Assembly (NCBI GenBank): GCA_043813605.1
Contig: JBDRKX010000130.1
Coordinates: 1-53,584, forward strand
Origin: Elusimicrobiota bacterium
Lineage (GTDB): Bacteria > CG03 > SLGR01 > JBDRKX01
Direction of reading: 5' to 3'
Length of the DNA stretch: 53,584 nt
In this document: positions 20,034 through 29,184 of the stretch, piece after piece
How the letters are laid out: each line of letters begins with the position of its first letter
Position numbering within the stretch: the stretch's first letter is position 1
Program-made: the position numbers and the translations under genes
Notes under the pieces: generated by a model
Told to the model about the DNA's origin: nothing
The model's database searches: none
Seen by the model: the letters and a program-made list of their open reading frames with translations, nothing else

Positions 20034-20056
20034 AAAGAAACAATTCTTAAAAAGTT

Positions 20057-20098
20057 CCGCCCCTTATATTGATTTAATATAAAGGGCGGGCTTTTTTT
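20057..20098 (+). terminator. Rho-independent terminator after ppdK
   Basis: Stem CCGCCCcTTATATT...AATATAAaGGGCGG followed by a T7 run. Confidence 0.85.
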
Positions 20099-20187
20099 AT
20101 CCTTAAGGGTAGGGTAGTTATCGGGGCCGCTCTCTATTCAAATCAAATAAATATAATGTTTTTGCTGATTAATAAGCAGAAAATGTA

Positions 20188-20823
20188 TCAGGTGGACTTG
20201 ATGATACTGTTCTTATCGCACAGGGCGGCTAATGAACATTTTGAACAGATCGGAGTGGGTGCTTTACAGACTGCGCGCCCGTGTTCAATCAGGATATAAG
20301 TAAGGTTGATCCATTTTTCTTTTGGATATATTTTCATCAGGTCCTGTTCGATCTTTTCGGGGACTTTCTGCCGGGATAGTCCGATCCTGTAAGAAAGCCG
20401 TTTAACATGTGTGTCGACTGCTATGCCTTCAGTGATTCCATATGCGTTACCCAGCACTACATTGGCAGTCTTTCTTGCAACTCCGGGTATTGATATCAAG
20501 TCGTCTATTGTCCTGGGAACTTTTCCTTTGAATTCACTTGAGATCTTTTTTGCGGCTGCAAGGATGTTTTTTGATTTATTGTTGAAAAATCCGGCAGGTT
20601 TTATGAATGAGATAAGTTTATCCTGCGGCATATCCAGATAATCCGCAATTGAGGGATGCTTTTCAAATAGTAAAGCTGTGACTTCGTTTACGCGCTTATC
20701 GGTACACTGTGCAGACAGGATAGTCGCAACAAGCATCTGCCATGGAGTCCTAAATCTTAAGGCTGTTTTTGCGCGGGGATACTCATTGCAGAGCATATCG
20801 TAGATGCGGTTACTTTTATTCAT
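20188..20823 (-). CDS. nth: Endonuclease III
   Basis: ATILSAQCTD, HhH IPGVARKTANVV, AVDTHV, Fe-S motif C-x6-C-x2-C-x5-C. Confidence 0.96.
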   Translation of the reverse strand: MNKSNRIYDMLCNEYPRAKTALRFRTPWQMLVATILSAQCTDKRVNEVTALLFEKHPSIADYLDMPQDKLISFIKPAGFFNNKSKNILAAAKKISSEFKGKVPRTIDDLISIPGVARKTANVVLGNAYGITEGIAVDTHVKRLSYRIGLSRQKVPEKIEQDLMKIYPKEKWINLTYILIEHGRAVCKAPTPICSKCSLAALCDKNSIIKST

Positions 20824-20827
20824 TTAT

Positions 20828-22687
20828 TTATTCAAGCCTGCTCCGTTTTCCCAAAAGGATAATATCGCGAAGATTATTCACATTATGTGCTTTCATCCAC
20901 TGTTCTTCAAATTTACGGTTCTGGACTATCTGCGCGATAGCGGAAAGTGCCTTTAGATGAAAATTCCGTTCATCAGCGGTACCGACGAGAATGAACACGG
21001 CTTTAACGTATTTTTCTTCGTTAGAAAAAAGGATGCCTTCTTTACATCTTGCAACAAGGATATCAAACTCATTTTCTCCCTCCAGTATTATATGCGGAAT
21101 AGCAAGAAAAGAGCTCAGTACTGTACTGGTATCCTTTTCGCGCTCCAGTAGCGCTTTATATATATCTTCCGGCTGTTCTCCTATATCGCTGGCAATGCGC
21201 TCAGAAGCTGTCATAAGAAATTCTTCAAGAACCATCCTTTTTTCAATATCCATTATATGGCATTCTTCTATTATCCTGTCAAACCTGTCTTTTGTTATCT
21301 CGTCCCGTTCATATATTATGTCTTTTAATTCCGATTCAAGTATGTTCCGGGCGAGTTTTCTGTCCATTATACGCTCAACCAGGTGTATCAGGGCATACTC
21401 CCTGTCCACTCTTTTACGGCCATAGAACCAGTAAACGGCAAAACAGACCGCCAGAAGCAGAAGAGTTGTGAGAATGGATATGATGCCCAGATGATATAGC
21501 AGGAAACTGCAGCCTGCGATACCCATAATCTGTATCCATGGATAAAGCGGAGATTTGAACGTGGGCCTGTAGTTAGCTATTTTGCTTTCCCGCATGCTTA
21601 TTAAAGACAGGTTTGCCAGTATGAAAAGCAATATTTTAAGTGTAGATGCAACCTTAACCAGGCTCTCAAGGCTTAAAAAAAGTACAACGATCGTCATGAA
21701 AAGTCCGGTGGTAATTATCGAATAATGAGGTGTCCTGAATCTTTTGTTGATACGGGAAAAAAATCCGGGCAGGAGGTCATCTCTGCTGATTGCCATAGGG
21801 TCCCGGGATGCAGTCATTATGCCGGCATTAGCGGTGGAAATAAATGCAAGTATGGCGGCAAATGAGAGTGCGACCAGGCCGAAGAACCCCATCGAAATAT
21901 ATGCGCCTTCTGAAATGGGAGTTTTCGTATTAGCGAGTACTGACGGCTCAAGGATGCCAACTGTTACAAATATAGTTAGTGCGTATAAAAGACTTACAAT
22001 GAGAAATGAGAGAAACATGCCAAGGGGAATATTCCTTCCCGGATTTTTTATCTCTTCCGCAATACATGCAACTTTGGTCAGTCCCCCGAAAGAAACGAAT
22101 ACCAGTCCGGCTGTAAGAAATATCGATTTCGCGCCATATGGTATAAAAGGTGAATATCGATGTACATCTATATGGGGCAGTCCCTTGAGTATATACAGGA
22201 CAATAAGGGCCAGCAATCCGAGTACCATGAATACCTGGAGCCTGCCAGCCGATTTAACACTCACAAGGTTTATGCCCGTAAATAGGATACAGAGAAAAAC
22301 GGCGATGAGCTTTATGTGAAAAGCAGATATGTCCGGGAAAAGCAGTATTGAAAAATAGCTCATGCCGGTTAAAGCAAAAGCACTTTTGAAGCTGAGCGAA
22401 AACCAGGAGGATATCCCGCCGAGTGTGCCTATTGCCGGGCCGAAACTCCTGTCTATAAAAAAGTATACACCGCCGGCCTTGGGCATAGCTGTAACCAGTT
22501 CTGCTGTACTCAATACTGCCGGTATTACCAGGATCGAAGCCAGGATATATGCCAGTATCACCGCCGGACCCGAGCATGCAAATGCCAGGCCGGGTAATAT
22601 AAAAATACCTGAACTTATCATTGCTCCCGCAGCAAGACAGAAGACATCAATAAGATTAAGTTCTTTTTTTAAGCGTGTTTCCTGCAT
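20828..22687 (-). CDS. APC-family amino acid permease fused to a C-terminal PTS EIIA (Fru/Ntr-type) domain
   Basis: GAMISSGIF, AELVTAMPKAGG, AEEIKNP.RNIP, about 12 TM helices. C-terminus has ERE..ST....LAIPH and HLKALSAIA. Confidence 0.88.
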   Translation of the reverse strand: MQETRLKKELNLIDVFCLAAGAMISSGIFILPGLAFACSGPAVILAYILASILVIPAVLSTAELVTAMPKAGGVYFFIDRSFGPAIGTLGGISSWFSLSFKSAFALTGMSYFSILLFPDISAFHIKLIAVFLCILFTGINLVSVKSAGRLQVFMVLGLLALIVLYILKGLPHIDVHRYSPFIPYGAKSIFLTAGLVFVSFGGLTKVACIAEEIKNPGRNIPLGMFLSFLIVSLLYALTIFVTVGILEPSVLANTKTPISEGAYISMGFFGLVALSFAAILAFISTANAGIMTASRDPMAISRDDLLPGFFSRINKRFRTPHYSIITTGLFMTIVVLFLSLESLVKVASTLKILLFILANLSLISMRESKIANYRPTFKSPLYPWIQIMGIAGCSFLLYHLGIISILTTLLLLAVCFAVYWFYGRKRVDREYALIHLVERIMDRKLARNILESELKDIIYERDEITKDRFDRIIEECHIMDIEKRMVLEEFLMTASERIASDIGEQPEDIYKALLEREKDTSTVLSSFLAIPHIILEGENEFDILVARCKEGILFSNEEKYVKAVFILVGTADERNFHLKALSAIAQIVQNRKFEEQWMKAHNVNNLRDIILLGKRSRLE

Positions 22688-22786
22688 TAATATTTCACCC
22701 TTAATAATAAGATATTAATACAAAATGACGAATTTTTCTATTGTTATGTGAAATAGAGTTATTGGCCGGTGATAATAGAAAATCTG

Positions 22787-23299
22787 TCAGCGGTCAAAAA
22801 ACGGATTTTTACCTGTTGCCGAGAGCGGTATCCCGAGCGCCATGACGATACCGTCACCCATAAGATCATGCTTTATAACAGTAAATCCTACGGTATACAT
22901 AAGACGGTTATCAGCATGAAAACAGGCTGCAGTTGCTACAGCTGAGCCTACGGCAATACCGAGGTCGCCGGAATTATAGGCGCAGGTGATGTTCTTTTTG
23001 CGTGCTTCTTCACAGGTGGCGGCACCGCAGAACCCGCAGTCCAGATCAAGCGGGCTGTTTTTTGTCGCAATTACAAGCAGGCAGCCGGATTTTCTGACAG
23101 ATTCCGCATCTCTTGAAAAAGTCTGGGGCCGTGATGTCTCTTTACCGGTGCTGATCATAATGTCGGCAAGCCCGTCGAGTTCTTCTTTTTCAAAGATCTT
23201 CATGACCAGATTGTCTTTTCCCCGGGCTTTAGGGGCCGTTCTTGCTGCCAGTGACATGAAACCTGCAATGCTTTTTAATGAGTCGTCAAGTTTTTCCAT
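22787..23299 (-). CDS. DUF2148 ferredoxin-like domain protein
   Basis: AARTAPKARG, CGFCG..TC, DLGIAVGSA, DNRLMYTVG, KNPFFDR. Confidence 0.8.
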   Translation of the reverse strand: MEKLDDSLKSIAGFMSLAARTAPKARGKDNLVMKIFEKEELDGLADIMISTGKETSRPQTFSRDAESVRKSGCLLVIATKNSPLDLDCGFCGAATCEEARKKNITCAYNSGDLGIAVGSAVATAACFHADNRLMYTVGFTVIKHDLMGDGIVMALGIPLSATGKNPFFDR

Positions 23300-23310
23300 C
23301 TTATCCTCCG

Positions 23311-25494
23311 TCAGAAATATTCCTGCGGCTCCGTTCCTTTGATAAAAGGCTGGAGCACGGCATTTTCAGAAAGGGCAGTAGCCAGTTTACCCGTATCCGG
23401 ATCAAAATTGACAAACACAATATTGTCCGGTACCGGGAAATCCAGTTCAGGCGTATGTTCGAGCGCCTTCTGCATGAATCGTGTCCATATAGGCGCAGCA
23501 ACAACCCCGCCTGCTTTTTTTTTGCCCAGGGTCCTGTGGTCGTCGTATCCGACCCATACGGACACAACGAGGTTCGGCACGTATCCTGTGAACCATGCAT
23601 CAGAGAAATCGTTTGTAGTCCCTGTTTTGCCTGCATGGGGCCTTTTGAGGCGTTTTGTATACCAGCCGGTACCGTATTTGCATACCTGCTGCATGAGGTT
23701 TACCATCATATAGTTTGTCTGGGGTGACAGTACCTGTTTTTCCTGAGGGGCATTCTCCCTGATTGTATTCCCGGCATAATCTTCTATCCTGATTATTGTA
23801 TAAGGTGTTGTTCTTATGCCCTGGTTTGCAAATACACAGTATGCTGAAGCAAGTTCAAGCGGTGCAAGGTCGCCGGAACCAAGTGCCAGTGAAAGTGTCT
23901 GCGGAAGCGGACTGTGTATTCCCATCTTGCGGGCATAATAAAGTGCAGTCATCGGCCTTATCCTGTCTATAAGGTCGATAGTAGCAAGGTTTATGGAATT
24001 TACAATTCCATTGCGTAAAGTAATCTCTCCGCGGAATTTATTATAGTAGTTCTGCGGTGCCCATATTTTTTCTTTGATTTTTTCCAGATTCTCCGCTTTA
24101 GCCAGTATCTCTTTGAATTCTGCTGTCTGGATGGTCATGGTACTCTGGTTAGATTCGCTTATCTCTTCTTTCAGTTCGCTCAACTCGGAAAAATCAATAT
24201 TGAGCTGCTGCAGGTTCGTAGTGTCAGCCAGGAGTTTCCAGTTGAATCCGTCATTATAATACACCCTGGGTTCGTCATGCAGTATGGTGGCCGGAGTAAG
24301 TCCCAGATCGATCGCAGCCGTATAGATAAACGGTTTAAAGGCTGAACCGGGCTGACGCCTTGCCTGTACAACCCTGTTGAACTCACTTTCAGCAAAGTCT
24401 CGGCCGCCTACCATGGCGCGTATCTGTCCTGTTCTGGGGTCGATCGCCACAAGTGCGCCCTGGATATCAGTATAGACAGCTGTAGAGAGCACTATGCCTT
24501 CAGTGCTGTCAAGCCGCTGTTCCTTCATTATCTCTTCTTTGACTTCGCGCTGCTTTATCTCATCGAACATCTCGAGTGATGTGACCATGGTCTCTTCGGC
24601 TATTTTCTGCATCTTAAGATCAAGAGTGGTGTATATCTGCAGGCCGCCCTTGTAGAGCTTGTTCATCCCGAATTCCGGCAGAAGGTTTTTCCGGATATGT
24701 TCAACGAAGTAAGAACCGGGTTTAACTTCTTTTTTATATGTTTTTATTGGAAGCGGGACACAGTTGGCTTCTGTTTCTTCGTTAGGATCTATGAATCCGA
24801 CTACGGACATCCTTCGTAGTACTATAGCGCGTCTTCTGTATGCCAGATGTATGTTGTTCTCCGGAGAATACGCGCTTGGAGCTCTCGGGAGACCTGCCAG
24901 CATGGCACATTCGGAAAGGTTGAGGTCTCTGACCTTCTTGTTGAAATATACTTTGCTGGCAGATTCTACGCCGTATGCCCCTTCGCCGAAATATATCTGG
25001 TTGAGGTATAGCTGAAGTATCTCTTCCTTGGAGAATTCCCGCTCTATATGCATAGCCAGCAGAAGTTCTTTTATCTTCCTTTTAATGCTCTTCTCAGGGG
25101 TCAGAAACATGACTTTAGCGAGTTGTTGTGTTATGGTGCTGCCCCCTTGTACTACATGGCCGGCCTTAAAATTCATTATAAATGCGCGGATGACACCCAT
25201 TATATCCATTCCCCAGTGATTGAAGAAATTTGTGTCTTCTATGGCGAGCACGGCGTTCTGAAGGTCTACCGGTATCTCGCGCAGAGGAACAAGAGTCCTT
25301 CTTTCCATGAAGAGTTCATCTATGAGGATGCCATTGATGTCGAATATCTTGGTAACAAGGTTCGGGCGGTATTGTATCAGTGATGCCGTTGAAGGCAGGT
25401 TACGTGAAAAAGAAAGCAGCATCAGCCATATGCCGATGACGGATATGAAAATAAAAAGGACAAATCCCGGTATAATTAATCTGATTTTTTTCAT
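23311..25494 (-). CDS. Class A penicillin-binding protein (PBP1A family)
   Basis: Glycosyltransferase motifs EDTNFFNH, GGSTITQQL, RKIKE. Transpeptidase motifs SAFK, SIN, KTG. Confidence 0.95.
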   Translation of the reverse strand: MKKIRLIIPGFVLFIFISVIGIWLMLLSFSRNLPSTASLIQYRPNLVTKIFDINGILIDELFMERRTLVPLREIPVDLQNAVLAIEDTNFFNHWGMDIMGVIRAFIMNFKAGHVVQGGSTITQQLAKVMFLTPEKSIKRKIKELLLAMHIEREFSKEEILQLYLNQIYFGEGAYGVESASKVYFNKKVRDLNLSECAMLAGLPRAPSAYSPENNIHLAYRRRAIVLRRMSVVGFIDPNEETEANCVPLPIKTYKKEVKPGSYFVEHIRKNLLPEFGMNKLYKGGLQIYTTLDLKMQKIAEETMVTSLEMFDEIKQREVKEEIMKEQRLDSTEGIVLSTAVYTDIQGALVAIDPRTGQIRAMVGGRDFAESEFNRVVQARRQPGSAFKPFIYTAAIDLGLTPATILHDEPRVYYNDGFNWKLLADTTNLQQLNIDFSELSELKEEISESNQSTMTIQTAEFKEILAKAENLEKIKEKIWAPQNYYNKFRGEITLRNGIVNSINLATIDLIDRIRPMTALYYARKMGIHSPLPQTLSLALGSGDLAPLELASAYCVFANQGIRTTPYTIIRIEDYAGNTIRENAPQEKQVLSPQTNYMMVNLMQQVCKYGTGWYTKRLKRPHAGKTGTTNDFSDAWFTGYVPNLVVSVWVGYDDHRTLGKKKAGGVVAAPIWTRFMQKALEHTPELDFPVPDNIVFVNFDPDTGKLATALSENAVLQPFIKGTEPQEYF

Positions 25495-25784
25495 TGTGGA
25501 TTAATTATACAAAAAAAACTGCGTTATCAAAAGGCAGCGGCTATTTTGTATATGTGTCAAAAAAATATAATAATCCTAAAGAACCGTATTTGTATGATAA
25601 ACAGGACAATTATTATAGTATCGGTACTATTATCAGCTGTCTTTAACAGCGGCGACTATACTGTTAATTAGTTACATAAACTATTGACCTGTTCATGTTT
25701 TTGTAAACCTGCCGGTATCATCTTTTTTGGTAAAACTTTCTTGTCTTGATAATATGAACTATTTTTATTAAACTTACATACATT

Positions 25785-26981
25785 ATGAGTCAGAAAAACA
25801 TAGAAAAAGACTGGGAAGAAATAGCAAGGGGCTCTGAAGAGATAATAGGGGCCGGGGAACTCAGAAAAAAGCTTGTCGGGGGTAAAAAACTGAGGGTTAA
25901 GTTCGGGGCTGATCCGACAGCGCCAGATCTCCATCTCGGGCATACCGTGGTCATGGAAAAACTCCGTGTTTTCCAGAAACAGGGGCACAAAATACTCTTT
26001 CTTATAGGCGATTTTACGGCATTGATAGGCGATCCTTCCGGAAGAACCAGCGAAAGGCCGGTGCTTACGAAAGAAGAGATAGAAGAGAGCGTAAAAGGAT
26101 ATGAAGAACAGATATTCAAGGTGCTGGGCCGGGATAATATAGAGATTGTCAGGAATTCCGAATGGCTGGAACCTTTAGGAGCCGAGGGTATAATCCGGCT
26201 GGCAACCCACTACACAGTCGCCCGGATGCTCGAGAGGAATGATTTTGAAAAGCGGTACAAAGAAGGCAACCCCATCTCGATAACAGAGTTTCTCTATCCG
26301 CTGCTCCAGGGGTATGATTCCGTTCATCTTAAATCTGATATAGAGATCGGCGGTACCGACCAGAAATTCAACCTCCTGATGGGAAGAGATCTGCAGAAGG
26401 ATTGGGGCCAGGAACCGCAGGCGATACTCACTATGCCGCTTCTTGAAGGTACCGACGGCGTGAAGAAGATGTCAAAGAGCTACGGAAACCATATAGGTAT
26501 AGACGAAGATCCCGAGCAGATATTCGGCAAGATAATGTCTATATCGGATGATATGATGTACAGGTATTATGAACTGCTTACAATGGAGGATGTCGGCGAG
26601 ATCCGTGCAATGCATCCTATGGAAGCAAAGAAAAAACTCGGGGAAGTTATTATTAAAAAATATTACAGTGAGCAAACCGCAAAATATGAAAGAAAAAGAT
26701 TTGAAGATAAGTTTTCCAAAGATAAACCTATGATAACGGCTGTTCATCAGCTAAAAGCGAATATGAAACTGAAAGATATTATTAAATGGGAAGGAAGTTT
26801 GCATTTTGACGAAAAACTATCGGGGAATGCTATAAAAACGCTCATTAAGAGCGGTTCCGTGAAAGTTGATGGTGAAAAGATAACCGATATTTCCTGTGAA
26901 TTGAAGGTCGGAAAAGGTTCCGTTAAAATAGAATACGGAAAAAAGAAGCATACATTTACTGTAAAAAATGTCGAAAAATAA
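25785..26981 (+). CDS. tyrS: Tyrosine--tRNA ligase
   Basis: GADPTAPDLHLGH, YPLLQGYD, GGTDQKFN, KMSKS, S4-like tail. Confidence 0.97.
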   Translation: MSQKNIEKDWEEIARGSEEIIGAGELRKKLVGGKKLRVKFGADPTAPDLHLGHTVVMEKLRVFQKQGHKILFLIGDFTALIGDPSGRTSERPVLTKEEIEESVKGYEEQIFKVLGRDNIEIVRNSEWLEPLGAEGIIRLATHYTVARMLERNDFEKRYKEGNPISITEFLYPLLQGYDSVHLKSDIEIGGTDQKFNLLMGRDLQKDWGQEPQAILTMPLLEGTDGVKKMSKSYGNHIGIDEDPEQIFGKIMSISDDMMYRYYELLTMEDVGEIRAMHPMEAKKKLGEVIIKKYYSEQTAKYERKRFEDKFSKDKPMITAVHQLKANMKLKDIIKWEGSLHFDEKLSGNAIKTLIKSGSVKVDGEKITDISCELKVGKGSVKIEYGKKKHTFTVKNVEK

Positions 26982-27198
26982 AGAGACTAAAACCCAGTCG
27001 GCCCCGGCTAAGTTAACCGAAAAAGATAAGTTACCGTCAATACTTATCGGTACAGGGATAGGGCTGCTTATTGTCGGGTTCTTCGTCCTTTCCAGGGCTA
27101 ACCGCATGGCGGATAACTGGGCGGGTTTTGCCGCGCCGTTTCTGCTCGTCTCCGGCTGGATAATTATAGCGGTCGGATTATGGAAAGGGGAGAAATGA
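26968..27198 (+). CDS. Small two-TM membrane protein
   Basis: Two hydrophobic helices. Overlaps both neighbours in an operon-like arrangement. Confidence 0.7.
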   Translation: MSKNKETKTQSAPAKLTEKDKLPSILIGTGIGLLIVGFFVLSRANRMADNWAGFAAPFLLVSGWIIIAVGLWKGEK

Positions 27199-27677
27199 AG
27201 GATAAGAAAAAAGATATACTCTGGGCTCCCTGGAGGATAGGTTATGTTACAGCCCCTGAAGCGGAAGGCTGTATATTCTGCAATAAAGCAGAGAGCAGTG
27301 AAGACGAGAAGAATTTTATCCTTTACAGAGGGGAGAATGTGTTCGCCCTTTTGAACATATATCCCTATAATAACGGACATATGATGATAGCCCCCTATGC
27401 TCATACCGGGAACCTGATAGATATTGAACCCGGCATACTCCATGAGATGCAGGACACCATACAGAAGTTTGTCGGTAAAATAACAGATGAGATGCAGCCG
27501 CAGGGTTTTAATATAGGGATGAACCTCGGCCGTACAGCCGGCGCCGGCATAGAAGACCACCTGCATATACATATAGTGCCAAGATGGAACGGTGATACCA
27601 ATTTCATGCCCGTGATAAGTGATCAGAAAGTGGTATCAGAGTCACTTGAATCCGCCTACAGCAGGCTGAAACTATAA
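27195..27677 (+). CDS. HIT-family nucleotide hydrolase (Ap4A phosphorylase-like)
   Basis: LWAPWR, CIFC, LNIYPYNNGH, GFNIGMN.G..AGAG, HLHIH triad. ATGA overlap at 27195. Confidence 0.92.
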   Translation: MKDKKKDILWAPWRIGYVTAPEAEGCIFCNKAESSEDEKNFILYRGENVFALLNIYPYNNGHMMIAPYAHTGNLIDIEPGILHEMQDTIQKFVGKITDEMQPQGFNIGMNLGRTAGAGIEDHLHIHIVPRWNGDTNFMPVISDQKVVSESLESAYSRLKL

Positions 27678-27723
27678 ACTCGGGTTTAAATCAAATCTAA
27701 AAAATAAGGTTAAATAGGAGTTT

Positions 27724-28062
27724 ATGCATATAGATTCGTATGGTTTCGGTATGGTGGTCATCGATGGAAAGAAGTATTCCAGTGATGTCCTGATAATAGG
27801 GGAAAGGGTGATCAGCTGGTGGAGGAAAGAGGGGCATCTTCTTCAGGTAAGAGACCTGAAAGAAGTATGGGAGTACTGTCCTGAGGTGCTAATTATCGGT
27901 AAAGGAGTTCCCGGCGCAATGGAGCTGGCCGGTGAAGTGGCATCCGAATGCGCAAAATGTAATATAGAACTCATCGCTCTGAAAACCGAAGAAGCAGTTA
28001 AGAGTTACAACAGTATAAAAGATACAAAAAAGACTGCTTGCGGGCTCCATCTTACTTGTTGA
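27724..28062 (+). CDS. Mth938-like (DUF498) protein
   Basis: IDSYGFG..VIDGK.Y..D, WWRKEGH, T.EAV..YN, terminal HLTC. Confidence 0.88.
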   Translation: MHIDSYGFGMVVIDGKKYSSDVLIIGERVISWWRKEGHLLQVRDLKEVWEYCPEVLIIGKGVPGAMELAGEVASECAKCNIELIALKTEEAVKSYNSIKDTKKTACGLHLTC

Positions 28063-28087
28063 CTTATATATGCATATTTGGTAAATT
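28059..28087 (+). promoter_or_regulatory. Sigma70-type promoter of fba
   Basis: TTGACT, 17 bp spacer, TAAATT with extended TG. Confidence 0.5.
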
Positions 28088-28139
28088 GGCGTAATAATTA
28101 AAATTATTAAGTAAAGGATACCAGAAAGGAAGTGAGATC

Positions 28140-29135
28140 ATGACAATCAGTTACAAAGACCTTGGGCTCGTCAACACACGGGAGATGTTCGCTAAAGCAG
28201 TAGACGGAGGCTATGCGATCCCTGCGTATAATTTTAACAACATGGAGCAATTACAGGCAATCATATCTGCCTGTGTAGAAACAAATTCTCCGGTAATTCT
28301 TCAAGTGTCTTCGGGCGCACGCAAGTATGCGAACCAGACACTGCTGCGCTATATGGCTGAGGGAGCGGTCGAATATGCAAAGGAAATGGGCGGCAATATA
28401 CCGATAGCGCTGCATCTTGATCACGGGGATACTTTTGAACTGTGTAAAAGCTGTATAGATCTGGGTTTTTCTTCAGTGATGATAGACGGTTCCCATCACC
28501 CGTATGAAAAAAATATCGAACTGACAAAACAGGTAGTCGAATATGCCCATCAGCACGATATTACCGTAGAAGGAGAGCTTGGAGTCCTTGCCGGTATAGA
28601 AGATGATGTAGTGGCTGCAAAATCAACATATACACAGCCTGAGGAAGTAATAGATTTTACGGGAAAGACCGGGGTGGATTCGCTGGCTATCTCTATAGGC
28701 ACGTCACACGGTGCAAATAAGTTCAAACCCGAGCAGTGCACAAAGAATGCAGACGGCGTATTTATACCGCCGGAACTCAGGTTCGATATACTTGAGGAAA
28801 TAGAAAAACAGCTCCCCGGGTTCCCTATAGTCCTGCACGGTTCATCGTCGGTGCCTATGGATATTGTCGCGACTATTAATGCCAATGGCGGAAATATCAA
28901 GGATGCGGTAGGTATACCCGAAGAACAGCTCCGGAAAGCTGCGGCTTCAGCTGTATGTAAGATAAATATTGATTCGGACGGCCGGCTTGCCATGACAGCG
29001 GCAATAAGGAAGGTCTTTGCCGAAAAACCTGCCGAGTTTGATCCCCGGAAGTATCTCGGTCCGGCAAGGGAAGCATTAAAAGAACTGTATAAACATAAGA
29101 TAGTGAATGTCCTGGGATCTAATGATAAAGCCTGA
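28140..29135 (+). CDS. fba: Class II fructose-1,6-bisphosphate aldolase
   Basis: PAYNFNN, LHLDHG, SSVMIDGS, EGELG, GTSHG, VLHGSS, KINID, FDPRKY. Confidence 0.96.
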   Translation: MTISYKDLGLVNTREMFAKAVDGGYAIPAYNFNNMEQLQAIISACVETNSPVILQVSSGARKYANQTLLRYMAEGAVEYAKEMGGNIPIALHLDHGDTFELCKSCIDLGFSSVMIDGSHHPYEKNIELTKQVVEYAHQHDITVEGELGVLAGIEDDVVAAKSTYTQPEEVIDFTGKTGVDSLAISIGTSHGANKFKPEQCTKNADGVFIPPELRFDILEEIEKQLPGFPIVLHGSSSVPMDIVATINANGGNIKDAVGIPEEQLRKAAASAVCKINIDSDGRLAMTAAIRKVFAEKPAEFDPRKYLGPAREALKELYKHKIVNVLGSNDKA

Positions 29136-29184
29136 GATGTCCGTACCGCGGGGTACCGGGCGCGGATAGGCTGTCAGTAACTGA

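Noticed and set aside
25495-25784. Possible T-box or ncRNA upstream of tyrS (short inverted repeats ATAGTA/TACTAT and TTAACAG/CTGTTAA)
   Set aside because: No T-box consensus or terminator. The stems are short and AT-rich, and a promoter sits right before the ATG.
29136-29184. GC-rich hairpin after fba as a terminator
   Set aside because: Short stem with no U-tract.
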